From NCBI GenBank assembly GCA_951406725.2, contig OX597819.1, positions 14,198,001 through 14,262,000 of the forward strand: a stretch of 64,000 nt of DNA. Direction: 5' to 3'. The translations under genes were made by a program, and so were the position numbers. Origin of the DNA: Octopus vulgaris (lineage: Eukaryota). Below, one piece after another: positions 1 through 13,453 of the stretch. Position 1 is the first letter of the stretch. The number at the start of each line of letters is the position of its first letter. The notes beneath the pieces are model-generated. The model was not told the DNA's origin. It did not search any database and saw only the letters and a list, made by a program, of their open reading frames with translations.

Positions 1-10
1 ATTTATACGA

Positions 11-100
11 TCGCGCGCGTGCGTGCGCGTGCGTGCGTGCGCGTGCGTGCGTGCGCGTGCGTGCGTGCGCGTGCGTGCGTGCGCATGTGTGCGCCCTGCG
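11..100. repeat. (GCGT)n/(GC)n microsatellite
   Basis: Direct reading. Confidence 0.9.
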
Positions 101-420
101 TGTGCGCTCCTGTGCTAATTTCTCTGCCTCTCTGCATGTGTGGTACCTCGTACAGTTTAATTTGCTTGTAGAAACTGAAATTCTTCAAACAGGAGATGGC
201 AGTGGGGCAGGTGGAGGGTGATAGTCTGCCGTGATGGTGGTGGCGATGGTGATGGTGGTGGTGGTGGTGGTGGTGGTGGTGGTGGAGGGGAATGGTTCTG
301 CCCACAGCCTTGGCAGCAAAACCGTTCCAGTTGTCGTTCGGTTTTGTTTGGATGTCTGCGAGTGTGAATGAAACTTGAGAGTTGTTTAATCGTAGCTTTT
401 TTTGCCTCTCGCGGCGGAAC

Positions 421-545
421 ATACTTTATCTTCAAAAGCGTTCCAACTTCGACCATCCATTATTACTCTTTAATACTTCCCAGCCCCCGGGAAGGGCTTG
501 CTTTGAGTGAAATTTGGCTGCTATGTCTAGCAGCCGTGTACCGTT
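421..545 (-). mobile_element. Old degenerate SINE-like repeat (family D)
   Basis: Minus strand has CTAGACATAGCAGCCAAATTTC and GGATGGTCGAAGTTGGAACG, motifs that recur in about 10 places in the window. Confidence 0.6.
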
Positions 546-993
546 TATTTATAAAAGGAAGAGAAAATTTAGGTGGGATCGTTGTTGTTGTTGTTGTTGT
601 TGTTGTTGTTGCTATTGTTGTTGTTGTCTGGTTAGGAAACAACAACAACAAAAACAACAAAAATATCGACAAATACAAACAGAAAACAAGAGAAACACTA
701 ACATAAATAAATAAATAAAATAAATAAAATAAACAAATAAATAAGAAATGGAAGATGTGTGTGTGGGAGAGGGAGGGGGTGCTGTGTGGTTAAGGGGTGA
801 GGTGTGGGGGGAGGGAAACTGGAGACAGTGAGTGGGTGGGGAGGAGGGTGAGGCGCAGTGTGTGTGTGTGTGGGGAGGGGCTGGAGGGGGAAAGAGGAAG
901 GAATTTTTTGGAAGGACGGCAGCAAGAGGGAAGATGGCGGTGGGTGGGGCAGATGATGTTTGGAAAAAGTTGTACAGACATTATACATACGTA

Positions 994-1938
<945 letters not shown>

Positions 1939-2242
1939 CGCGTATCGCTTGAAACACGCGAGCCGTTTCGGATGGTTATCTTGCTGGAACAGCACGCTTC
2001 CTACCTCCTGCTCCTCCTCCTCCTCCTCCTTTTCCTCCTCTCCATCACCTACCCCCGGCTGCACCCACCCTTCCTACCGACCCGACCATCTACCCACATA
2101 CCAACATCCTTCCACCCCGCATCCTCTCCTTAAAACTCGCTCCTTAGGATTTTCTCACGCTCGCTGCCTCACTTCGTTTTGCGTGGGTGTCAATTCAGGG
2201 TGGATATCACAATACAATAATATACACACACACACATACACA

Positions 2243-2302
<60 letters not shown>

Positions 2303-2320
2303 TGTACTTTCTTTTTTTCC

Positions 2321-2752
2321 TTTTCTTTTACTTCAGTCATTTGACTGCGGCCATGCTGGAGCACCGTCTTTAGTCGAACAAATCGACCCCAGGACTTATT
2401 CTTTGTAAGCCTAGTACTTATTCTATCGGTCGCTTTTGCCGAACCGCTAATGTTACGGGGATGTAAACACACAAGCATCAGTTGTCAAGCGATGGTGGGA
2501 GGACAAACACAGACACAAGCATACACATACATACATTCATACATACACACACACACATACACACACATATATATGGAAAAACAAGTCACGACGGGCTTCT
2601 TCCAGTTTCCGTCTACCAAATCCACTCACAAGGCTTTGGTCGACCCGAGGCTATAGCAGAAGATACTTGTCCAAGCTCCCACGCAGTGAGACTGAACCCA
2701 GAACCATGTGGTTGGTAAGCAAGCTACTTACCACACAGCCACTCCTGCGCCT
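2321..2752 (-). mobile_element. SINE-A, full length (tRNA-derived head, CORE-like segment, internal CA/TA repeat, LINE-like tail)
   Basis: Head AGGCGCAGGAGTGGCTGTGTGGTAAG with B-box-like GGTTCAGT; tail GGTGCTCCAGCATGGCCGCAGTCAAATGACTGAA; many near-identical copies in window. Confidence 0.9.
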
Positions 2753-2780
2753 ATATGTATATGTTTGTATATATTTTTGT

Positions 2781-2900
2781 AATAAGTACTAGGCTTACAA
2801 AGAATAAGTCCTGGGGTTGATTTACTCGACTAGAAGGTGGTGCTCCAGCATGGCCGCAGTCAAATGACTGAAACAAGTAAAAGAGAGAAAAGAGAAAAAA
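2781..2900 (+). mobile_element. SINE-A 3' fragment
   Basis: Matches SINE-A tail. Confidence 0.85.
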
Positions 2901-2924
2901 GAAAGATATATATATTCTTTTATA

Positions 2925-3620
2925 TGTTTCAGCCCTAAGACTGTGGCCTTGCTGGGGCACCGCCAGTGTAATCAACTTTTTATTGACTAATTCTACGTGA
3001 TTGGCTTTTGCTGAAGGAGAGAGTTCGGCACCGCTGAACTCTTTTGAGATTCCTGCTTTGATATTGGTTCATCCTGGATCTTGGAAAGCAAGAGGTCAAG
3101 TGGTTTCTTGAAAACACCTACCCCTACTCCATGGAGATCCCTCGGATGTTTTAGCAAGGCGTTAAGTAGCTGTTGGCCCTTGATTCCCAAGCTATTGCAG
3201 TACGGAATCACCTCTATGAACACACAAATAGTGAGCGGTGTTCCGCAGGGCACTGTCTTGGGACCACTGCTTTTTATAGTGGCCCTCTCAGATATGCCCT
3301 CAAATGCCCGGATAGCCACTCTGGCCAGCTATGCAGACGATACGAAAGTCTCAATAGGACAAAGGGGACATCTGGAACAGTGCAGTGACGTCCATTTCAA
3401 GGTCTGGTATAACTCTAAGTTCCAAAGTTTGGTGCCAGCCCTTCCAGTATCTTCCACACGTATATCACTGCATGTCCCTCCCGTCTTCGCTCCAGAGAGT
3501 AGAGTCGTTAGCTCTTTCAGTCTCTCACAGAAGCTCAGCTGTTCCATTGATGCAATCTTTCTCGTGTAGCGTCGCTGAACCGACAGTAGTCCAGACGGCT
3601 GGGGACAAGTGTCCTCCATA
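2925..3620 (-). mobile_element. CR1-group LINE 3' end (ORF2 C-terminus plus tail), interrupted by an inverted RT fragment
   Basis: VQRRYTRKIASMEQLSFCERLKEL and YCNSLGIKGQQLLNALLKHPRDLHGV; homologous to the copy at 36255-36850. Confidence 0.85.
3201..3352 (+). pseudogene. Non-LTR reverse transcriptase core fragment
   Basis: SGVPQGTVLGPLLF...YADDTKV motifs. Confidence 0.9.
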
Positions 3621-4055
3621 GCACAAGCATAGCTACCCGATCCCTTGTTCTGAAGGTTCTCAGAATCCATCCGGCCATTTGCCTGTACACTGCCACCATC
3701 TTGGTGATATGCATATGAAACGAGGCTATATATGGATGGAGTGAGGAAAGCTTTGGTGGTTAGCGGTGTTGGAGTGAGAGAGATAAAAGGGTTTATAAAT
3801 AATAGGAAATATTGGAGAGTGTTTGTGGACGGATGAGTGAATTTGATGTTGCTCAAAGGGGTACGGAACCAGCATGATGCTGTCAGGTCCTGCTGCTGAT
3901 ATTGGGGCTTGCATTCTATGCCTTGACCCCAGCATAGAATGCAGCTCGTCCCTCTGGGTTGGGAAATGAATGGAATGCCTGGTGTGTGTCTTGTTGCGGC
4001 TAGCCCCTCCTTTAAAAAAAAATGGGGAATAGACCTGGGTATATAAAAAAATATA

Positions 4056-4227
4056 ACCGGTGTTGGTGTGTTTACGTCCCCGTAATTTAGCAGTTCGGCA
4101 AAAGAGACCGATAGAATAAGTACTGGGCTTACAAAAGAATAAATCCTGGGGTCGATTTGTTCGACTAAAGGCGGTGCTCCAGCATAGCCGCAGTCAAATG
4201 ACTGAAACAGACAAAAGAATAAAAGAG
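4056..4227 (+). mobile_element. SINE-A 3' half
   Basis: Matches SINE-A. Confidence 0.85.
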
Positions 4228-4249
4228 TATATCACAGCACTCACGCATT

Positions 4250-4355
4250 TTCTTCTTCTTCTTCTTCTTCTTCTTCTTCTTCTTCTTCTTCTTCTTCTTC
4301 TTCTTCTTCTTCTTCTTCTTCTTCTTCGTCTCCTCCTCCTCCTCCTCCTCCTCCT

Positions 4356-4387
<32 letters not shown>

Positions 4388-4437
4388 TTCTTCTTCTTCT
4401 TCTTCTTCTTCTTCTTCTTCTTCTTCTTCTTCTTCTC
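4250..4437. repeat. (CTT)n/(CCT)n
   Basis: Direct reading. Confidence 0.95.
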
Positions 4438-4598
4438 TGCCAAGAATTCACAACGACCTCGAACCCGCAAGAGTAAACAAGAGAGACAGAGACAGGCAGA
4501 ACCACGGAAAATGCCTCTTGTATTTAAACACTATGCAAATATACTTTTATAAAACTTTTCATTTAATTTTTCCCAAATTTATTTGTTTTCCATGCTTA

Positions 4599-4634
4599 CA
4601 GTTGAAAAAGTCTCAATGACCGAAACCGGTACTG
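4599..4634 (+). ncRNA. Type I hammerhead-like motif, U3-A8 variant
   Basis: CAG-TTGAAAA-A-GTC tcaat GAC-C-GAAAC-CG-GTA-CTG: helix I CAG/CTG, palindromic helix III ACCGGT, GUA triplet. Confidence 0.65.
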
Positions 4635-4769
4635 AAATGTTTTTTTATAAAATTATTTTAGCATTTTCTACCTTGACTTGTCCGTATATATATTTGAGGA
4701 AAGAAAACTCCGAATTACCCGTCCTTCTTTCTTTGTACCATCTGTCTTGATGTTTTGCGTTCTTGTCCC

Positions 4770-4838
<69 letters not shown>

Positions 4839-5014
4839 TATACACACACACATATACATGCATATATATGTACACACACGCCTACACACACATACATTAA
4901 TTGTTAGTACTTAGAGTGTGCAAATTAGCAGCACCAGTCCTTCTCTGTCGCTGCTGGAATTGTTGAGTAAATAAACAGATTAGTCGCTCCTTTCTCTAGG
5001 ATTGGTCAAATCGT

Positions 5015-5325
5015 GAAGGCGCATGGCTCAGTGGTTAGGGCGTCGGGCTCACCCGCGTGGCGTTGTGAGTTCGATTCCTGGACCTGGCTGCATGTTGTTG
5101 CTCATGAGCAAGACACTCCACAGACATGCCTACCGGTCACGTACTTCTCAGGGAGATTCAGCGTGAAATAGAATGCGACAAGCTACAACTCAATTTTGCC
5201 AGCTGAGTGGACTGAAGCAAAGGGAAATGAAGTGTCTTGCTCAAGGACACAACTCGCTACCGGGATTCGAACTCACGAACTTACGATCATGAACCAATTA
5301 CTCTACGCACTAAGCTGCGCACCTT
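5015..5325. mobile_element. Two converging, degenerate tRNA-headed SINE copies (SINE-C related)
   Basis: Plus head GGCGCATGGCTCAGTGG...GAGTTCGATTCC at 5018; minus head with GAGTTCGAATCCC near 5262-5274 and SINE-C body motif CACGCTGAATCTCC. Confidence 0.65.
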
Positions 5326-5345
5326 CCTAGACGAGAAAGTAAACA

Positions 5346-5575
5346 AATACCTATTTCTTTATTACCCACAAGGGGCTAAACATAGAAGGGACAAACAAGG
5401 ACAGACATAGGTATTAAGTCGATTACATCGACCCCAGTGCGTAACTGGTGCTTAATTTATAGACCCCGAAAGGATGAAAGTCAAAGTCGACCTCGGCGGA
5501 ATTTGAACTCACAACGTAACGGCAGACGAAATACCGCAAAGCATTTCGCCCGGCGTGCTAACGTTTCTGCCAGCT
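5346..5575 (-). mobile_element. SINE-B
   Basis: AGCTGGCAGAAACGTTAGCACGCCGGGCG...GAGTTCAAATTCCGCCGAGGTCGAC; multiple copies in window. Confidence 0.85.
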
Positions 5576-5787
5576 GTTAGTGACTCTTAAGTACTCAATA
5601 TGTTGTTGTTTAGGGCCATTTCGGCGTCTACCTAGGAGCCCTAGGGTAAGTACGTTATGTGACCATCCCAAGCCAGCCCCCTTTATTTGGCGACTGAGTA
5701 TGGGGGTTATTTGGTATATGCGTATGTGTACACACTTCGTTTTGCGTGGGTGTTAATTCAGGGTGTATATAATAATATTATATACAT

Positions 5788-5823
<36 letters not shown>

Positions 5824-5914
5824 ACACATACACCCACACACACACACTCTTTTACACATACACACACATACACACTCACATAAGCACACTCTCTCTCTCT
5901 CACACACAGACACA

Positions 5915-5991
<77 letters not shown>

Positions 5992-6132
5992 GCACACGTA
6001 CAATTACAAAAGAGCTGCTAATGGTTTCATGCTGTCCTTGCATTTTCTAGTTGTGTATATAAGAACGATGTCTCTCTCTGGATGGGGAAATTTTCTGCAG
6101 ATCCTAACTATATTGATACTGTAAACTATAAA

Positions 6133-6377
6133 CAGTAATCACTCGCCATACCGCTGTTCACTTATCGCGGTTCACCTATCGCGGTTCACCTATCGCGGTT
6201 TATTATTTAAGCTTGCGTCAATTCCTCCGTGCTGTTGTTTTGCATTTGTGATAAAATAAATATATACAAATTATAAAAATAAGAAAAATACTGTACAGTA
6301 TTGTTTCTACTACGCGGATTTTCACCTGTCGCGGTGGGTTTTGGAACGTAACACCCGCGATAGTCGAAGGATTATTG
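6133..6377. mobile_element. pogo/Tigger-like MITE
   Basis: Imperfect TIRs CAGTAATCACTCG / CGAAGGATTATTG; internal ATCGCGGTTCACCT repeats. Confidence 0.6.
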
Positions 6378-6590
6378 CATATATATATATATATATATAT
6401 AAATATTTACAGCTTTTAATAAAATGTTGTAGTATGAAACAATTGTACTAAATTACCGGATTCATTCTTGTTGCTCTTTTTTTATTATAATCACCCCACA
6501 TAGGTAACACCATACAAAATTCTGGTGCATCTAAATTAAGTACCATATTCATTTGAATCTAAATTGTTGCTGATATATATATATATATAT

Positions 6591-6832
6591 TCTTTTATTC
6601 TTTTACTTGTTTCATTCATTTGAATGCGGCCATGCTGGAGCACCGCCTCTAGTCGAGCAAATCGACCACAGGATTTATTCTAAGTCTAGTAATTATTCTA
6701 TCAGTTTCGTTTGATAAACCGCTATGTTACGGGAACATAAACACACCAGCATCGGTTGTCAAGCAATGTTGGGGGGACAAACACGGACACACAAATACAC
6801 ACACATACGGGCTTCTTTCAGTTTCCATCTAC
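6591..6832 (-). mobile_element. SINE-A, 5'-truncated
   Basis: Matches SINE-A. Confidence 0.85.
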
Positions 6833-6834
6833 CA

Positions 6835-7268
6835 CACACACACACACATATATATACACATACATACAAACAGATACATACACACACATATATACATACA
6901 TACACACACACATACATACATACATATATACATACATACATGCATACATACATACATACATACATACATACATGCATACATACATACATAAATAAATACT
7001 TACATACATACATACATACATAAATACATACATACATACATACATACATACACACACCCATACATACATACATACATACGTACATACACACATACATACA
7101 TACATACATACATACACACACACATACATACATACATACATACATACATACATACATACATACATACATACATACACACACATACATACATACATACATA
7201 CATACATACATACATACATACATACATACACACACATACATACATACATACATACATACATACATACA

Positions 7269-7295
<27 letters not shown>
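6835..7295. repeat. (CATA)n
   Basis: Direct reading. Confidence 0.95.
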
Positions 7296-7299
<4 letters not shown>

Positions 7300-7412
7300 T
7301 GCGACTACATCGTATTACTACAGGAATTTTAATCTTGAAATTTCGTGCATTTCCTTGATATGCCGCCATTGTATGTCAGTATGACATAGCAGCGTGTATA
7401 TCTATAAATGCG

Positions 7413-7444
<32 letters not shown>

Positions 7445-7562
7445 TGTATGTATGTATGTATCATCTATCTATCTAGTTATCTCTCTATATATGTAGGTAT
7501 GTAGTTTTACATAAATGCATTTATGTAAAACACGCACACAGACACAGGCACACACAAATACG

Positions 7563-7621
<59 letters not shown>

Positions 7622-7622
<1 letters not shown>

Positions 7623-8000
7623 GAGGCCCAATGGCTCAGTGGTTAGCGCAGCGGACTCTCGGTCGAAGGATCGCGGTTTCGATTTCCCAGACCGGGCGTT
7701 GTGAGTGTTTATTGAACGAAAACACCTAAAGCTCCACGAAGCTCCGGCAGGGGCGGGATGGCGAACCCTGCTCTACCCTTTCACCACAACTTTCACTTTT
7801 TCTTCCTGTTTCTGTTGTACTTTGTATTCCAAAGGGCCAACCTTGTCACACACTGTGTCACGCTGAATCTCCTCGAGGACTACGTTAAGGGTACACGTGT
7901 CTGTGGAGTGCTCAGCCACTTGCACGTTAATTTTACGAACCGGCTGTTCCGTTGATCGGATCAACTGAAACCCTCGTCGTCGTAACCGACGGAGTGCCAC
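7622..8000 (+). mobile_element. SINE-C, full length
   Basis: A box TGGCTCAGTGG, B-box-like GGTTTCGATTTCC; matches copies at 10763, 24561, 61311. Confidence 0.9.
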
Positions 8001-8187
8001 TAATAATATAGATAGATAAATAAGATAGATAAATAGTGGAAGAGGCATTATTTTTAATGAACGTTTTAGGTTAAAGACTCCATAAAACCCGATTCCGTAA
8101 ACTGTGAGGTGAGTGCGAATGGGTCGGGCGAAGCAGCGGAGTATTAAAAGATGAAGCGGGAGTCTCTACAAGGATTATATGGAAGTG

Positions 8188-8274
<87 letters not shown>

Positions 8275-8729
8275 TATTTTGGTGTGTGAGCGTCGGGGTG
8301 AAAGTTGGGGTTGATTGTCGGGATGAGAGATGAGAAGGCGAGGGGGGGGGGGGGGTTGTCGTGGTGGTGGTGGCGGTGGTGATGTTATGATGGGAATACT
8401 TAGAATTATGATGGTAGCGGTGATAAAAGTGGTGATGATGCTGCTGGTGGTGGTGGTAGTGGTGGTGGTGGTGGGGGGTGCTGGTGATGGTGGTGGTGGT
8501 GTTGGTGGTGCTAAACGTGATGGTGGCGTTTAGAGGGGAAACTAATGAGGTTGGAGTTAGTTTGGGAGGTAATCTGTGTGGGGGGGGGGGAGGGGGAGGG
8601 GGGATGGTGATGGTAGTGTTGATGTTGCTGTCACCGTTTATCTTGGTTATTTTCATTTGGTGCGTTGTTTTTATTATCAATCCCCTCCTGATCAGAGGCT
8701 GACTTCTTTCATTTCCTGGGGTCACTCCA

Positions 8730-8960
8730 ACCACCACCACCACCACCACCACCACCACCACCACCACCACCACCACCACCACTACCATCACCACCACCAC
8801 CACCACCACCACCACCACCACTACCACCACTACCACCACCACCACCACCACCACCACCACCACCACCACTACCACCACCACCACCACCGCCGCCACCACC
8901 ACCACCACCACCACCACCACCACCACCACCACCACTACCACCACCACTACCACAACCACA
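8730..8960. repeat. (CCA)n
   Basis: Direct reading. Confidence 0.95.
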
Positions 8961-10762
8961 ACGACAACAATAAAAAGTCTAGCTATGTGATTATTTGACC
9001 TGCAGGAAATAACTACCAGATGTCCCTCAAATCATAGTTTACTGTCTTCGGACGATCCTTCGGTATTGGTCTAGTCTCTAGATGTGTCGGTATAAGGGAG
9101 ACGACGTCATTCCCTCTGTTTCATCTTTACCCGTTTATCTACGCCATGAGGGAAGGTGGTGAGGGTCAATGACATCATGTACCTATGCCGAAAGATTGCC
9201 AATCTTTAAAAACGTGAAAGGCAACATCAGTTAATGAAGTTGTAGCAGATGCACAGTATTTGGGGAGGATGCTGGATGGTCACGGCTGGGACGTCTTTTG
9301 TCGTCGGTAAATCGTGTTCGAACATCAAACAAGCACCACAAAGTATTTCTTGTGATATTCTGCTCGCAGAGCTGCTGTTGTTGTTGTTGTTATTGTTCCT
9401 CCCATATCGGTTCTGTCGAAAAGTGCGATGATCAAAGACATTCTCGATAACATTATATAGTCTTCTTCTTTTCTTTTATTATGAAGCAAAGGTGATTCGA
9501 GGAAGATTCAGCTGTTATTTCTAGTAGTTCGATCGTCCACGTAGACGCGCCCTCCAATGAAGATGATCGGGACACTTTAGATCTCTCACTCGCAGCATTT
9601 CTCCTCAGACTCCGGCAGAAAAGAAACATCATTGCTTCCACTGTAAGATGCCTTACTGTAATGGGTGATGGCTAAGTTGGAATGGAGTTAATCTGCGAGA
9701 AATGTGGAAACATCGATTCCCAGAACCCCGTCTTCAGCCAGGAAACATTGATATTAATTGTAAAAGTTGCTACTATGTAAATGAAGATTCCTTGGACCCA
9801 TAGACAGCACTTGAATAACCCCCAAGAACATATCCACCTAATACTTTCAATGCAATAATATGAAGGTCGAGGCTGTGTTCATAGGCTTCGCAGACCGTTT
9901 GATGTCGGCAAGAGCCACACTGTTAAAGTTCGTCGGTAAAACGATAGTTGGCAGACGTTACCTTTCGAACCTTGACAACTGTATCGTGTTTCCGCCTCTT
10001 ATTCAGACACAACAGCTAAACATTATTGAATTTTCCTTTCCTTTGTAAGACGAAAGGGTTTTATTTCGAGGGAGGTGTAGCTGCTATTTCTGGTAAGTCT
10101 TGTGCTCACGAATCTCTCTCAACTTGATTCATTAATAAATTTATTTCGTAGAAACCACATCGTTAGAGACTTGTGGTGTTTGTTTAAATTCTTTGTGCTC
10201 TGAGTTCAAATCCCACGCAAACCAACCTTGGCTTTCGTTATTCGATAAATAAAGTTTCGCTGCTGGATACTAGGTGACTGGACTGTTAGATTAATTACCT
10301 TGAGGAACATATTTCCGGTTCTTTATGTTCAGAGTTAACCCCCATTAAAAAAATTTTTCATTACTTAAGTCTGATTTTGTGGCCGTTTGTGGAAACCTAC
10401 CTCTTTGAAATGATTGATTAAATTATGTATCAATATCTCAATTCCTATTTAATCGACCTCGGATTGATGAGAGTAAACATGTATCCGGGCAAGATTTGAA
10501 CTCAGGACATAACAAGCATATAACATGAGAATTTTGTTTGAGGCTCTACAGACTGTTTTCATTTACTCGCCAAGGTCGGGTCCGATAATATTGTTTGAGG
10601 TTCTACAGACTTTTCTCATGTACACACCAAGGTCGGATCTCTGGGTAAGTAAGGTGTGTAGAGTTTACCCGGATTAAAACTTTAGATACCATTTACAAAA
10701 TTTATTGAAAAATCCAATTCGTGACAAAAAATTATAATTCAGTTGCTTGTCATTCGAAATGA

Positions 10763-11146
10763 GGAGGCGCAATGGCCCAGTGGTTAGGGCAGCGGACTCG
10801 CGGTCGTAGGATTGCGGTTTCGATTCCCAGACCGGGCGTTGTAAGTGTTTATTGAGCGAAAACACCTAAAAGCTCCACGTGCTCCGGCAGGGGATGGTGG
10901 TGATCCCTGCTGTACTCTTTCACCACAACTTTCTCTCACTCTTACTTCCTGTTTCTGTTGTACCTGTATTTCAAAGGGCCGGCCTTGTCACTCTCTGTGT
11001 CACGCTGAGTATCTCCGAGAACTACGTTAAGGGTACATGTGTCTGTGGAGTGCTCAGCCACTTACACGTTAATTTCACGAGCAGGCTGTTCCGTTGATTC
11101 GGATCAACCGGAACCCTCATCGTCGTAACCGACGGAGTCCTTCCCC
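10763..11146 (+). mobile_element. SINE-C, full length, with target-site duplication
   Basis: tRNA-like head; TSD CATTCGAAATG at 10751-10761 and 11147-11157. Confidence 0.95.
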
Positions 11147-11344
11147 CATTCGAAATGGAATTCCGTGAAGCATTTTTAACGGTGGAAGTCGAACGAGAGA
11201 AATAATAGTGTCGAACAGTGTTTGTCAGCCATTTTTTTTTACCCTTGAACCGCTCTAATCCCTATTTTACTCAGAGGGTCCCTCGTGGTCATTCGATGTT
11301 TTAAAAATCTTGTTTATTTTATGATTAGATATTTTAGGAATTAT

Positions 11345-11755
11345 TCTTTTATTCTTTTATTTGTTTCAGTCATTTGACTGTGGCCATGCTGGAACACCGC
11401 CTTTAGTCGAACAAATTGAACCCAGGACTTATTCTTTATAAGCCTAGTACTTATTCTACCGGCAACTTTTGCTGAACCGCTAAGTTACGGAAACATAAAC
11501 ACACCAACATCGGTTGTCAAGCGATGGTGGTGGGACAAGCACAGACGCGGCCCGCACGCACGCACGCACACGCGTGCACACACACATATATATGACGGGC
11601 TTCTTTCAGTTTCCGTCTACCAAATCCACTCACCAGGCTTTGGTCAGCTCGAGGCTATAGTAGAAGACACTTGCCCAAGGTGCCACGCAGTGGGACCGAA
11701 CCCGGAGCCATGTGGTTGGTTAGCAAGCTACTTACCACAGAGCCACTCCTGCGCT
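11345..11755 (-). mobile_element. SINE-A, full length
   Basis: Matches SINE-A. Confidence 0.9.
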
Positions 11756-11785
11756 TAAATGTATAAGAAATACAATATTTTTGGG

Positions 11786-12182
11786 AGTAAAGATTGTTTG
11801 CCAACATAACATGGCAGTCCTGGTTTAGGACTAATGTTGCTGTAATTTAGCCCCAGGAGACTATACGGCACGATCTGTGTCCTTATATTTTCAAACAAGG
11901 GAATCTAGTACCCCCACTAACCTCAAAACAATAAACAATATCTGTGTATCGCGATTTCTGGGTTATTTCTCTTCATCAACACAGAATAATCGTTCGGTTA
12001 GAAGTAGCACTGGCAAATTCCCGTTCGAAACATATAGTTTTCAAAGTGACAACTTGTTCGAAAATATAAGGACACAGATCGTATCATATAGCCAGCTGGA
12101 GACGATGTCTCCTGGGGCTAAATTACAGCAACATTAGTCCTAAACCAGGACTGCCATGTTATGTTGGCAAACAATCTTTACT
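11786..12182. mobile_element. MITE/fold-back element with about 110-bp terminal inverted repeats
   Basis: AGTAAAGATTGTTTGCCAACATAACATGGCAGTCCTGG... is inverted at the right end. Confidence 0.8.
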
Positions 12183-12763
12183 ACTAAGTACTGTTGCTGA
12201 ATATCTCTCGTTGTGAGATTTAAAAATAGTAATTTTCTAACAATATTTTTTTTATTTTCTAAGAAGTATAACTAATTTATTGCAGATAAATTTTGACAAC
12301 GGGATCTTATATCTGGATGCATATGGATCCCCGTTGAGAAACACTGATGTAGAATAAAATTCTTGAAAGGAAAAAAAATAATAAAATAAACGTTTTTTAA
12401 AACCCAAACTAATATTTATAGACTTATCTGCTTCGAGTATCACTGCAAAACAATGTACTTTATATTTCACAAAGTTTCTAAATTCTTATAAAACCATCCC
12501 CGTCAGTAATACTTTGGTGAATGACATACACAATCTGTTGGGACATTCAACGTTAAATATAGAAATATGTGAATGCATCTAACGACTTGCCGTAAGTACA
12601 GTCTCAAATTATATGAAACACTGTGACGTAATGAGAATGATTTCTGCCTTTTTGTTGTAGGGAGAGAAATGTGTCCATGTAACCAAGCATAACCAATCGA
12701 CACATCACAATACGTTCGTAGTTTAATGTTTCGGACATGTGGATTGTCTATGTTCACCTTGTA

Positions 12764-13453
12764 CAGGGTCAGGCAAAATGATCTGACACATTTGTAGGTT
12801 AAATAAAAGGCAATTGAAGCAAAGAAACAAAAAAGTGTCTTTATTTTTGAAAAGTACATATAATGCCATTTTGTTTCATTATGTTTTAAAAATTAAATCA
12901 GTCAAATGGGATCCATTATTGTCCACACACTGTCGAAGGAGTTCACGAAAGTTGTCAATAACTTGGCGGGTCATTTCATGTGGAATGGCAGTAATTTCTT
13001 GACGAATTGCATCTTTAAGTTGTTCAATAGATCGAGGGCGATTAATGTATACCTTTGACTTGAGGTATCCCCAGAGAAAAAAATCGCACGGATTTAAATC
13101 AGGTGAACGGGCGGGCCAACCGATGTCACCACGCAATGAGATCAAATGACCAGGGAACATATTCCTCAAAATCCCCATCGCACGATCTATTGAACAACTT
13201 CAAGATGCAATTCGTCAAGAAATTACTGCCATTCCACATGAAATGACCCGCCGAGTTATTGACAACTTTTGTGAACGCCTTCGACAGTGTGTGGACAATA
13301 ATGGATCCCATTTGACTGATTTAATTTTTAAAACATAATGAAACAAAATGGCATTATATGTACTTTTCAAAAATAAAAACACTTTTTTGTTTCTTTGCTT
13401 CAATTGCCTTTTATTTAACCTACAAATGTGTCAGATCATTTTGCCTGACCCTG
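12764..13453. mobile_element. Tc1/mariner-superfamily fold-back element made of two transposase 3' ends
   Basis: TA flanks; TIR CAGGGTCAGGCAAAATGATCTGACAC; arms 12764-13034 and 13183-13453; WPARSPDLNPCDFFLWGYLKSKVY on minus strand. Confidence 0.95.

Noticed and set aside
157-456. Proline-rich ORF as a first exon
   Set aside because: Starts inside a family D repeat and runs through (GGT)n.
10763-10840. Functional tRNA genes at SINE heads (also 23551-23625)
   Set aside because: Acceptor stems do not pair and the heads continue into repeat bodies.
12252-12370. Possible minus-strand exon after a polypyrimidine-AG
   Set aside because: Contains CAGTGTTTCTCAAC, a hAT-like terminus; peptide not recognisable.
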